This document shows positions 28,401 through 36,469 of a stretch of 64,000 nucleotides of DNA, one piece after another. A program made the position numbers and the translations under genes. Every line of letters starts with the position of its first letter. The first letter of the stretch is position 1. The stretch covers positions 60,718 to 124,717 of the forward strand of contig CALHNI010000005.1 in NCBI GenBank assembly GCA_938034975.1, given 5' to 3'. Origin of the DNA: Candidatus Goldiibacteriota bacterium (GTDB lineage: Bacteria > Oederibacteriota > PGYV01 > DYJU01). A model generated the notes under the pieces. That model was not told where the DNA came from. It made no database searches and was given only the letters and a program-made list of their open reading frames with translations.

Positions 28401-30685
28401 ACAAAAATCAGTTACTGGATCTTTCAAATTCATTTTTTAAAATAAACAATAAAAATGAATATTATTCTGATATTAAAATGCATCTTAAAGATTTTGTTTT
28501 TCGTGGAAACAGATTGAACGGAAATATCAACTTTTCGGGGCAGATAAATAATTATCAGGATTTAAAAATTAGGGGGTCTGTTTCCTCTGATAATTTTACA
28601 TTTTGCAGACACACATTTTCTCCTTTTATAATAAATGTAAATCTGGAAAAAGATGAGTTATTTTTAAAAACAAGTGAAAGTATTAAATGGAATAAATTAT
28701 ATGGTAATATAAAATTTTTAAAAAATAAAGTTTTTATAAAAGAATTTTCAATTGAAAATTCTTCTCATAAATTTCTTGATGCCCGCGGGTTTATCTGTTA
28801 TTCAGATGAAAACTCTGATTTTTCTGTAGAGATGTTTGATTATGAACCACAGATATTAAGCAATTTGCTTAACTGGACTCATGAGTGGAAAGGCTCTTTA
28901 AGCGGTAATATTAAGATCTCACGAAATACCATAAAAGGGCTTGCTTTTACAATATACCTTAAATTAACCAATGGTTCTTTTAATAATCTGGAATTTGATC
29001 TTTTTACAGGGCTTTTTTCATTGAAAGACAACTGGCTTGATATTTCTCCTGCTGGGCCTGCCATACTTACCAAAGAAGGAAAATATGAAATAAAAGCGCA
29101 GGGAAAAATACCAGTGCCAATGTCAGAGGAAGGAGTTCAGATTGTAAAAGGTGTTGAGATGGATATAACAGCAAATGTTAAGCAGGGCGATTTATCAATA
29201 ATAAAATTTATAAAATGGGTTGATACAGCGGAAGGATTATTAGATGCAGATATTAAAATAAAAGGCACAAAGGAGTTTCCATCAATAAGTGGTAAGATAA
29301 ATGTAACAGATGGTTCGGTTTCATTTAAATACCTGTTAAAAGATATAAAGCATATATTTGCCAATATACTTATCAAAGATAACGTAATTGATATATACAG
29401 TCTAAAAGGAGATTGCGGAAAAGGGATATTAAAAATAACCAATTTAAATGATGAAAAAAAAGGTGGATTGCTTAAAGAATATAAAATATATGAAGCAAAC
29501 TGGAAATTTAAAAATATCGGTGATAAGATAAGAATATCGGATACTAAATATATGGAATTTTTGGATGGAGATGCTGATGTAGATATTGAAATGAGCGGTC
29601 CAATTGAGAATCCTTTAATCAAAGGCGAATTGAAACTTTACAATACCAAATACACTTATCCGACAAAGATGATGTCTGAAAAGGGAGAAGAATTAAAGGA
29701 TTTAAAAACAAATTATGCAAAGCAGATAAACTGGGATTTAAATGTTTATTGCGGAGATAATTTTATGTATTACAGTACTTATGGAAATAATTATGCAGAA
29801 GTATTTGTAAGACCTTCTGATATGCCTTTTGTATTTAAAGGTAAAGGCAACGATCTTAAAATAACCGGAAATGGCATTATACAACGTGGAACATTTAAAT
29901 ATATGAATACTGATTTTACATTTGATGAAATGAGAGAGTCAAAAGTCGTTTTTGATGGAGATAAAAGGCCTGTTCTTGACATATATGCTAAAAGTAAAAT
30001 GAAAAGAATAAAATTGAACGGATATGAAGAAGAAAAAGATGTTGATGTATATCTAAAGGCATATGGACGGGTAGGTGATGTGCGTATAGATGTTTCATCA
30101 GAACCATCTCTTGACAGAAACAGAATATTTTATATTTTAACTTTTGGTAGCGATGTTCCCCAAGGTATAGATATAACAAAGATAGGGAAAGATGCAACAA
30201 TGCTTGCTGCTGATGCGCTTGCAAATTACTGGCTTAAAATAGGTGGTCAGGAAATAAAAAAAAGAACTCCGCTTGATTATGTTGATATAAAGTTAAAAGC
30301 AAGTGATTTTTTGGGAAGAGATGAAAAAAAGCAGGAAAATCAGCAGGATTCACCTAAAAAAACAACTGATACAGTTGATTCAACATCAAATACACCTTCT
30401 GCAATTGTTCAGATAGGGATGGGTAAATATTTAACAGATCAGCTTTATTTTGGTTATGACCTGAAATTATTCAAACATGGGATAAATCTTAATTTGGATA
30501 AGACAACAGAGGTTTATGATTTACAGCACATTTTAGGATTTGAATATTCACTTGATAATACAAAAAAACTTAAATTTTTTAGAACCTTTGGTTCACCTAA
30601 TTTGGGTCTAAAAGATGAAACATTTTTTGGTCTAGAAAGCAGAATATCTTTTGAAAGCTGGGATTCAAAAAACAAAGAAAAATAG
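25415..30685 (+). CDS. TamB/AsmA-like translocation-and-assembly-module protein (giant inner-membrane-anchored, periplasm-spanning beta-rich protein)
   Basis: 1756 aa. A single N-terminal TM anchor, a very long Asn/Lys/Ile-rich beta-strand-rich body, and a C-terminal DUF490-like end (..LQHILGFEYSL...FGSPNLGLKDETFFGLESRISFESW). Confidence 0.55.
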   Translation: MKIIRNIILLILSVIFLFMFFLIILAKIPTFTAIITDYVNSEIYKATGKNIRISSIEFGFIDNIKLKNISVPLKRTLSEGEFANIKEIILRFNIIDIILHKKEVAESLSGLIIKSPVFYIYKQDNKLNIHNFFYGFNEKKEKSQGKNIFLVLPVFKIFIEKGKIIYGDKDVKFFDSLESIDGNIFFDVKNKILKVVLDARLKESVKGKIKINADYYQEKNKLKANLKTENLNLNTVINYLFDNKEQPVKMVDITSDIDIYSADMKIENLKLNGYIKINNGIIFKNNIPINNINGHAIISNDKILINNFTFNIFQNPAFINGKLKNFFREIEYNFDVVINDFNLENLAKDFLSGNARLTFNIWGDKSAMEGKGKLFLDSAFINKIPIKNIEAGIKLEKGRFNLYDLKGKFAEGNLNGDFSVDIKNNEKLKGKINLQLVDFEKLVNEKDSDGKINFLCDISGKINMPFIKLQLNSDSIRYKKYKIKNIKGNIIYDDKKVEVFSYFDYMDYVFLKIYGNILFNENKIEIVNLNIKEKDLSLVSINGFLIPGEKQINIKSDFSNIVLSKLKIEYFKNKDIEAEFNANSIITGKVDSPVIGFKLNTQKLSINKEAYNLFCDVLYEKNAITIKELNFSNIVTGTAEFSLKKKLFTIMTDIKNLKGDVLKEVFGLHIFKDSQINGMANINKTSEGFGGAIVVNTSYKTGIYKQIEIDIKGEKNFFNINKLNIQQKNGFFNIAGNFNIKDDQDIFVDINGNAKNYQINNKLKIKFAIDSKSKITLADKIFSSFNLKFSDIKFNDRQLKDLVLNIKTENIDITSLKANWGENYFINGDFYSDIPRGYLRFDFKEADFFPFYTLFDIREKGLENDSLLNGYLEIKGPVDDSDFILYVSQVKGIARLSGKLNFNKNLNFFKLNRVSIDYNIMNCDLKKFVSIFIDNFENTGNFNAKGKVNGSPENLTSEGNMLLSGGVLQGFNYENINIDYIFEKNKLTLTKFNFYNKNQLLDLSNSFFKINNKNEYYSDIKMHLKDFVFRGNRLNGNINFSGQINNYQDLKIRGSVSSDNFTFCRHTFSPFIINVNLEKDELFLKTSESIKWNKLYGNIKFLKNKVFIKEFSIENSSHKFLDARGFICYSDENSDFSVEMFDYEPQILSNLLNWTHEWKGSLSGNIKISRNTIKGLAFTIYLKLTNGSFNNLEFDLFTGLFSLKDNWLDISPAGPAILTKEGKYEIKAQGKIPVPMSEEGVQIVKGVEMDITANVKQGDLSIIKFIKWVDTAEGLLDADIKIKGTKEFPSISGKINVTDGSVSFKYLLKDIKHIFANILIKDNVIDIYSLKGDCGKGILKITNLNDEKKGGLLKEYKIYEANWKFKNIGDKIRISDTKYMEFLDGDADVDIEMSGPIENPLIKGELKLYNTKYTYPTKMMSEKGEELKDLKTNYAKQINWDLNVYCGDNFMYYSTYGNNYAEVFVRPSDMPFVFKGKGNDLKITGNGIIQRGTFKYMNTDFTFDEMRESKVVFDGDKRPVLDIYAKSKMKRIKLNGYEEEKDVDVYLKAYGRVGDVRIDVSSEPSLDRNRIFYILTFGSDVPQGIDITKIGKDATMLAADALANYWLKIGGQEIKKRTPLDYVDIKLKASDFLGRDEKKQENQQDSPKKTTDTVDSTSNTPSAIVQIGMGKYLTDQLYFGYDLKLFKHGINLNLDKTTEVYDLQHILGFEYSLDNTKKLKFFRTFGSPNLGLKDETFFGLESRISFESWDSKNKEK

Positions 30686-30688
30686 TTT

Positions 30689-31429
30689 ATGGATGAAAAA
30701 ATAAAAAGGTTAATTGAATTGATAGAATTAAGTGATAATATAGCAGCTTTGACAGGGGCCGGGATTAGCACTTTGTCAGGCATTCCTGATTTCAGGGGTG
30801 GCTATAATCCAATATGGGATAAATTCCCGCAGGAAAAAATTTTTGATATAGATTATTTTAAAAAAGATCCGTCCTTATTTTATGATTTTTTCAGAGAAAT
30901 ATCAAAAAAGAATTATGAGCCAAATATTTCTCATAAGTTTTTAAAATTTTTAGAAGATAAAGGGAAATTAAAAGGCATAATAACACAAAATATAGATGGT
31001 TTGCATCAGAAAACAGGGTCAAAGGCTGTATATGAACTGCATGGCAGCATTTATAAAAATCATTGTATGAAATGTAAAAAAAAGATAACATATGATGCGT
31101 TTTTAAATAAAGTAAAAGATGAAAGAGTTCCATTATGTGAATGTGGTGGAGTAATAAGACCTGATATTGTTTTTTTCGGGGAACTTTTGCCGGATTATGA
31201 TTTAAAAATGGCTTTTTCATTGGCGCAAAATACTGATTTACTTTTAATTGCCGGCACATCTCTTGTTGTTCAACCCGCTTCGTATATTCCAACATACACA
31301 CTAAAAAATGGAGGAAAAGTTGTTCTTATTAACAGAGGCGATACTTATATAAATGATAGAGCAGTACTAATTTTTACCGATATTAAGAAAACATTTGATT
31401 TTCTGGCGCAATACTATAAAATAACCTGA
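30689..31429 (+). CDS. cobB: NAD-dependent protein deacylase (Sir2/CobB sirtuin)
   Basis: GAGISTLSGIPDFRG, QNIDGLH, Zn ribbon CMKC...CECGG, IRPDIVFFGE; 246 aa. Confidence 0.8.
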   Translation: MDEKIKRLIELIELSDNIAALTGAGISTLSGIPDFRGGYNPIWDKFPQEKIFDIDYFKKDPSLFYDFFREISKKNYEPNISHKFLKFLEDKGKLKGIITQNIDGLHQKTGSKAVYELHGSIYKNHCMKCKKKITYDAFLNKVKDERVPLCECGGVIRPDIVFFGELLPDYDLKMAFSLAQNTDLLLIAGTSLVVQPASYIPTYTLKNGGKVVLINRGDTYINDRAVLIFTDIKKTFDFLAQYYKIT

Positions 31430-31605
31430 AAATCGCATTATTAGAAGATTGCGATTTTCAGAAGAAAAAAATATATGAAAAAATATATTATTAAAAAAAA
31501 ATAAAATATTTAAAACAATACTTGTTATTTATTTTAAATAAAAACAGATAAATAAAAGTTATAAAAATAAAAATTTATTAAATAAAAAAATAAAAAAATT
31601 TAGAA
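31425..31605 (+). repeat. intergenic composite repeat, copy F2 (A'-C-D, no B palindrome)
   Basis: A' palindrome 31425-31460 (cctgaaaatcgcattattagaagattgcgattttcag), which overlaps the cobB stop codon. Module C 31494-31540 (aaaaaataaaatatttaaaacaatacttgttatttattttaaat) and module D 31547-31605. Confidence 0.75.
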
Positions 31606-31615
31606 AGGAGAAAAA

Positions 31616-32161
31616 ATGGATAAAAAATTTTTACTTCTGGCAGGCGGGATTGATAAAAAAGGAATTGTTTATAAATTAACAAAAATATTGAAAAAGTATA
31701 AATTTAATATAGAAGATTCTTCTATGGTGATGCTTAGAAGAACTTTTTCAATAATAATGCTTCTTACAAATAAAAATAAAATTGATGAAAAAAAATTGCA
31801 AAAAGATATTTGTGATTTTATGAATGAAAATCAGATGATGGTTGATATGCGAATAATAACAAAAAATGAAATGAGGGAATATAAAGAAGAAGGAAAAGTG
31901 TATTTAATTTCAATAAGCGGAGCAGATAAAATCGGCATAGTAAATAAAATAACAGAAGTATTATTTAAAAATAAAATAAATATCATTGATCTTGAAACAA
32001 AAAGTTCTGATAAAGTTATTCCACATGCATATTACATGTATTTGGAAGTAGATATTCCCGAAAGTGTAAATATAAAAAATTTTGAAAAAAAGTTAAAAAA
32101 GTTATGTGAAAAAATTGGCGTTAATATAAGTATAAGAGCAGTTGATAAGGAGATTTTATAA
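31616..32161 (+). CDS. tandem ACT-domain protein
   Basis: 181 aa with two ~70-aa ACT-like units (G.DKKGIVYK.T..L....NI and GADKIGIVNKITEVLF...NI). Confidence 0.55.
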   Translation: MDKKFLLLAGGIDKKGIVYKLTKILKKYKFNIEDSSMVMLRRTFSIIMLLTNKNKIDEKKLQKDICDFMNENQMMVDMRIITKNEMREYKEEGKVYLISISGADKIGIVNKITEVLFKNKINIIDLETKSSDKVIPHAYYMYLEVDIPESVNIKNFEKKLKKLCEKIGVNISIRAVDKEIL

Positions 32162-32657
32162 AATTATGAAAATATTGCTATTCCCAGATGAAAAATTACG
32201 TTTAAAATCAAAAAAAGTAGAAAGAATAAATTATGGTATTATCAGATTTGCAGAAAGTTTAAAAGATTTTTTATATAGCAATAAAGGCTGTGTCGGTATT
32301 GCAGCGCCTCAGGTTGGGCATTTTGAAAAAATTATTATTGTTGATGTGACAGGGCATAAAAAAACAACAGAGTGCCATAATTTGATTATAATGTTAAATC
32401 CGGAAATAATTGAAAGTTCAGGCGAAAGTATAAATAGAGAAGGTTGTTTAAGTGTTCCTGATTATACGGGAAATGTGGAAAGAAATTATTATGTGAAAAT
32501 AAAGTATATTAACTTAAACGGTGATGAAAAAATACTTACAACAACAGGTTTTGAAGCAGTTGTTTTACAACATGAAATTGACCATCTTGATGGAATTTTA
32601 TTTATAGACAGAATAACAAATTTAAAAAGAGATCTTTTTAAAAGGAAAGTATATTAA
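32142..32657 (+). CDS. def: peptide deformylase
   Basis: Motif 1 GVGIAAPQVG, motif 2 EGCLSVP, motif 3 HEIDHLDG; 171 aa. Confidence 0.85.
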   Translation: MIRRFYKIMKILLFPDEKLRLKSKKVERINYGIIRFAESLKDFLYSNKGCVGIAAPQVGHFEKIIIVDVTGHKKTTECHNLIIMLNPEIIESSGESINREGCLSVPDYTGNVERNYYVKIKYINLNGDEKILTTTGFEAVVLQHEIDHLDGILFIDRITNLKRDLFKRKVY

Positions 32658-32659
32658 TG

Positions 32660-32830
32660 AAACCAAAAAATCGTAATAGAAAATAGCTGTTTAAAGTAGA
32701 AAAACACACAAAAAAATATTATTAAAAAAAGGAGATAAAAGTAATGCATTATAAAAATAAAAAATTTATAAATCAAAATATTTTGTTTTTTATCAAAAAT
32801 GCGTTTTCTAATTGGTTTTTAATGACCAAA
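32660..32830 (+). repeat. degenerate composite-repeat copy F3, whose SD+ATG and B-like module form the 5' end of the CPBP protease ORF
   Basis: The sequence ggagataaaagtaATGcattataaaaataaaaaatttataaatcaaaatattttgttttttatcaaaaatgcgttttctaattggtttttaatg parallels module D + B (aggtgaataaaagtaATGcactataaaaataaaaa...ccgtaaaaacgcattttctaacgcgtttttacgg). Confidence 0.55.
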
Positions 32831-33394
32831 TATAAAAATATTATATATGTTTTTGTAATAATAGCAGAATTATCTTTGCCTTTATTAGGTTTTTTTATTT
32901 TTTTAATTATAAAAAAGCCATTTTCATCTGTTTTTTTAATGAAAATGAATTTTTTTGTTCAAATTCTCTATGGAACTGTTTTAGGTATATGCGCTGGTTT
33001 TTTATCAGCAGTATTAGTTGATAAAATAAAAAATTTTAAAATAATAAAAGAACTTGTAATGAAAATAATTAAGGAATACAGGATAAATTTGTTTGATATT
33101 ACATTAATCTCTTTTCTTGCAGGGATATGTGAAGAGATATTGTTCAGGGGAGTTTTACAACAACTGACAGGATTATTTTTAAGTTCATTTATTTTTATAC
33201 TATTGCACGGGTATTTTAATCCTTTTAATCTTAACATCAGTATTTTTGGTCTGTTTATGTATATTTTAAGTTTAATTATTGGTATAAGTTTTGAATATTT
33301 TGGTATTTTATCTGCTATTGTATTTCATTTTTTATATGATTTTATAGTTCTTTATTATTTTAAAAAAAAAAGTTGCAGTTATGGATTTAAATGA
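32744..33394 (+). CDS. CPBP-family (CAAX-type) intramembrane metalloprotease. The N-terminal 26 codons derive from a repeat-element copy; an alternative start is M27 at 32822.
   Basis: EEILFRG motif 1 and a FxxxH motif (IVFHFLYD); multi-TM; 216 aa. Confidence 0.6.
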   Translation: MHYKNKKFINQNILFFIKNAFSNWFLMTKYKNIIYVFVIIAELSLPLLGFFIFLIIKKPFSSVFLMKMNFFVQILYGTVLGICAGFLSAVLVDKIKNFKIIKELVMKIIKEYRINLFDITLISFLAGICEEILFRGVLQQLTGLFLSSFIFILLHGYFNPFNLNISIFGLFMYILSLIIGISFEYFGILSAIVFHFLYDFIVLYYFKKKSCSYGFK

Positions 33395-33432
33395 AAATGC
33401 ATTTTAAAGTGAGTTTTTTACAGTTGTGAAAC

Positions 33433-33646
33433 CCGGAAATCGTATTAGAAAAATACGATTTTCAGAAGAAAAAACACAAAAAGTATATTATTTAAAAAAA
33501 TAAAATATTTAAAACAACACTTATCCTTTATTTTAAAAAACAGATGAATAAAAGTAATGCGTCATAAAAATAAAAAATTATTAAATAAAAATAATAAAAA
33601 TATTTTGTTTTTCCGTAAAAACGCATTTTCTAATGCGTTTTTACGG
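33433..33646 (+). repeat. intergenic composite repeat, copy F4 (A'-C-D-B), forward orientation
   Basis: A' 33433-33465 (cccggaaatcgtattagaaaaatacgattttcag), C 33494-33537, D 33538-33612 (cagatgaataaaagtaatgcgtcataaaaataaaaaattattaaat...) and B 33613-33646 (ccgtaaaaacgcattttctaatgcgtttttacgg). Confidence 0.85.
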
Positions 33647-33660
33647 GTGAAAGATTTATC

Positions 33661-33689
33661 TTGACAAAGAAAAATTGGTGTGATAATTT
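33661..33689 (+). promoter_or_regulatory. sigma70 promoter: TTGACA, then an extended -10 (TGtGATAAT / TAATTT), 14 nt downstream of palindrome B
   Basis: -35 TTGACA at 33661-66 and -10 region at 33679-33689. Followed by an approximately 100-nt leader with tandem AGGAGG motifs before the start at 33794. Confidence 0.5.
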
Positions 33690-33793
33690 TATTTAAAATA
33701 TATAAAAACATATTATTTATTATAATATTTTTTGAGAGAGAAGCATATATTTTATTCAGGAGGTCAGCCGATTTTTAAGGAGGATTTTATTTT

Positions 33794-34966
33794 ATGGCGG
33801 ATGTAATGTCTGAAATTGAAGAATTGAAAAAAAAATTATCACAAAATCCTGACTCTCTCATTTTTGTTCCTTTGGCTGATGCATATCGCAGGGCAGGTAT
33901 GCTTGATGAGGCAATAGAGGTATGCAAAAAAGGACTTGAAAAACATCAAAATTATACATCTGCCCGGGTTGTTTTAGGCAGAATTTATTCTGAAAAGAAT
34001 ATGCTGGATGATGCGATTTCTGAATTTAAAAAAGTAGAAGCAGTTGATGTTGATAATATAATGGTTCATTCAATGTTAGGTAATATATATTTAAAAAAAA
34101 AAAGATATGCTGAAGCAATTGAACAGTTTCAAAGAGTTCTTTCATTAAATCCAGAGGATCTGGAAACACAGGAGAAATTAAAAGAAGCACTTGCTGCAAA
34201 ACAGGAACCGGCTAAACCAGAATCACAACCAGTTGAAAAACCAAAAGTTGAAGAAAAATCAAATCAGGATCCTAATGAAGAATTACAAAAAAGTTTAAAA
34301 GTAGCTGAAATATATACAAAAAAAGAAGAGTTTGATAAAGCAATAGAAATATATAATGAAATTTTATCAAAGGATCCTGAAAATATTTCTGTGCAGCAAA
34401 AATTAAGAGAGGTTTATAATTTCCAGGAGAAAAAGCTGGAAAAAATAAAACAAAAAACTTCTCAGGTGAGTAAGAACGAAAATGATAAAATAACCACAGA
34501 AGATATACTTGTTGTAATGAAAGATGCTGTTAAAGAAACAGAAAAGGAAGTAAATAAAGAATCTGAAAAAATTGAGAAAACAGAATCAGGTGTTCTTTTT
34601 GATAGCCAAAAGGCAAAAGCAATAGAAAATATTTTAAAGGACTTAACCAATACAGACGGAATGGTGGGTGGAATTTTTTTGCAAAGAGATGGAAAGATTG
34701 TTGCAAGTGTTTTACCGCCTGATATAGATTCTTCTGAAATTGGTAAGGATATTGCACAGATAGTGGATAAAACAGAAAAATCAGTTCTTAATATGAAGCA
34801 AGGTAAATTAAACCATGCAATTATAGCATCAGAGTCCGGACAACTTTTATTTACAGAAATAAGTAATGGAGTTTTATTCATGATAGGAAATGAAAAGATA
34901 AATATGGGCAAAATGAGTTATGTTTTAAAAGATGTAGTTGCAAAAATAAAAGCACTTTTTAAATAG
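33794..34966 (+). CDS. TPR-repeat protein with a C-terminal Roadblock/LC7 (MglB-like) domain
   Basis: N-terminal TPRs (..A.AY...GM.DEAIE....), a Glu/Lys-rich linker, and a C-terminal ~110 aa GMVGGIFLQRDGKIVAS..P........IAQIV......LNMKQGKLNHAIIASESGQLLFTEISNGVLFMIG typical of Roadblock/LC7. Confidence 0.5.
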   Translation: MADVMSEIEELKKKLSQNPDSLIFVPLADAYRRAGMLDEAIEVCKKGLEKHQNYTSARVVLGRIYSEKNMLDDAISEFKKVEAVDVDNIMVHSMLGNIYLKKKRYAEAIEQFQRVLSLNPEDLETQEKLKEALAAKQEPAKPESQPVEKPKVEEKSNQDPNEELQKSLKVAEIYTKKEEFDKAIEIYNEILSKDPENISVQQKLREVYNFQEKKLEKIKQKTSQVSKNENDKITTEDILVVMKDAVKETEKEVNKESEKIEKTESGVLFDSQKAKAIENILKDLTNTDGMVGGIFLQRDGKIVASVLPPDIDSSEIGKDIAQIVDKTEKSVLNMKQGKLNHAIIASESGQLLFTEISNGVLFMIGNEKINMGKMSYVLKDVVAKIKALFK

Positions 34967-34992
34967 ACAAAAACGGAGGAATATTAAAATAA

Positions 34993-35349
34993 ATGGATTT
35001 TAAAACAGTGTTACAAAAAGTAGTTGAAAATGTTGATGGCGCAATCGGAGCAGCTGTAATTGGCGAAGATGGGATAGCGATAGATCAGTTTACAACCAAA
35101 GCGGATTTTGATATTACAGCCGCAGGTGCTGAATATTCAACTATAATAAGTAGTGCAAAAAAAGCATCTAAAAGTTTCGGACTCGGAAAAACAAATGAGG
35201 TTTTAATATCAACAGAAAAGGCAACTATGATAATGATGATGATGGAAAAAAATCTGTTTGTAACTCTTGCTTTAAATCTTGATGGAAACCTTGGAAGGGG
35301 TAGATTAGAATTAAAAAAAGCAATTCCTGAACTGGAAAAGCTAATTTAA
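34993..35349 (+). CDS. Roadblock/LC7-domain protein (MglB-like)
   Basis: 118 aa. VDGAIGAAVIGEDGIAI........D...AGAEYS.II......K.FGLGKTNEVLISTEKATMIMM...NLFV.L.L.LDGNLGRGRLELKKA matches the Roadblock fold pattern. Confidence 0.6.
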   Translation: MDFKTVLQKVVENVDGAIGAAVIGEDGIAIDQFTTKADFDITAAGAEYSTIISSAKKASKSFGLGKTNEVLISTEKATMIMMMMEKNLFVTLALNLDGNLGRGRLELKKAIPELEKLI

Positions 35350-35352
35350 CCT

Positions 35353-36144
35353 ATGTTCCTAAGGGTTTTGAAAAGAACATTCTGGGTATTTTATGATAAT
35401 CTGTTAAAAGGAATAATATTTAATTTTTTTCTTTTTATTATTTTTCTCATTCCTGTCATTTTTGCTTTTAAAATGAAAAAATACGAGTTTTTTTTTCTTG
35501 ATATTGTTTTGTGGCATATTTTTATTCCTCCTGTTATGTTTTATTTTATTAAAATAATAAGAGTAGAAGAAACAAAAAATTTTTTTTATGAATTTTTAAC
35601 TGGATTACGTTTTTTTGCTATAAAAAGTTTTATTATATTGATTATAAATATTTTATTTATTATTGTTGCTTTTGTCAGTATAAATTTTTATAAAAATATG
35701 ACACAGTTAAAACAGATTGCGTTGATTTTAGGTGGGATTGGGATATGGATTTTTTTTATTTTTATTTTAATGCAGATTTATATTTTACCTGTTTTTGTTC
35801 TTGATGAAAAAAGAAGGATTTTTACAACTTTTAAAAAAGCGCTAATAATGGTCATATCGGCTCCTTTCAGTTCTTTTTTTATTTTTTTACTGATTGTTTA
35901 TCTTCTTGTTTTATTTTATCCGATTTTTTTGATTATGTTTGGAAATAAAATATCATTTTTCCTTGCTTTTTTCTCGCTGTTTCCCATTTTTTTATTGCCA
36001 TTTATAAGTTTTACATTTATAATATTAATGCAGACAAATGCAACGTTTTTATTATATGAAAAGTATAAAATCTTTCAGGATTTAACAGAAATCTGGGAAG
36101 AAAAAAGTTTATCAAATATTTTTAAACCCTGGGAGACAAAGTAA
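35353..36144 (+). CDS. hypothetical polytopic membrane protein
   Basis: 263 aa, about 6-7 hydrophobic helices, Phe/Ile-rich. Confidence 0.4.
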   Translation: MFLRVLKRTFWVFYDNLLKGIIFNFFLFIIFLIPVIFAFKMKKYEFFFLDIVLWHIFIPPVMFYFIKIIRVEETKNFFYEFLTGLRFFAIKSFIILIINILFIIVAFVSINFYKNMTQLKQIALILGGIGIWIFFIFILMQIYILPVFVLDEKRRIFTTFKKALIMVISAPFSSFFIFLLIVYLLVLFYPIFLIMFGNKISFFLAFFSLFPIFLLPFISFTFIILMQTNATFLLYEKYKIFQDLTEIWEEKSLSNIFKPWETK

Positions 36145-36146
36145 AA

Positions 36147-36440
36147 ATGTGGAAGACAAAGAGGATGGCTGTAAAACAAGGGAAAAAAGGTTTACTGCTG
36201 ATTCTTATTCTTGCTTTTTTAACTTTTGAATTTTTAAAAGGTTTTTATAAATATGTTTCAATGGCTATAAGAGAAAAACAGATAGAACAGGAAATTGAAA
36301 TTTTAAAACAAAAAAATGAGGATTTAAGACTGAAATTAAACAATATTTATGATAATAAAGATTTTATTGAACAACAGGCAAGGAAATTAAATCTTATAAA
36401 AGATGGAGAAATTGTTTTTATAATAAAGAAAACTGAATAA
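36147..36440 (+). CDS. ftsB: septum-formation initiator FtsB/DivIC-like protein
   Basis: 97 aa: N-terminal TM followed by a coiled coil (EQEIEILKQKNEDLRLKLNNI). Confidence 0.5.
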   Translation: MWKTKRMAVKQGKKGLLLILILAFLTFEFLKGFYKYVSMAIREKQIEQEIEILKQKNEDLRLKLNNIYDNKDFIEQQARKLNLIKDGEIVFIIKKTE

Positions 36441-36469
36441 AATTTAAAATAAAACCGGAAATTCCAAAA

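Noticed and set aside
33690-33793. The ~100-nt leader with tandem AGGAGG motifs upstream of the TPR-Roadblock gene as a possible riboswitch
   Set aside because: It is AT-rich with no conserved stems that I can identify, and nothing resembling a known riboswitch aptamer. It is noted only as a long 5' UTR.
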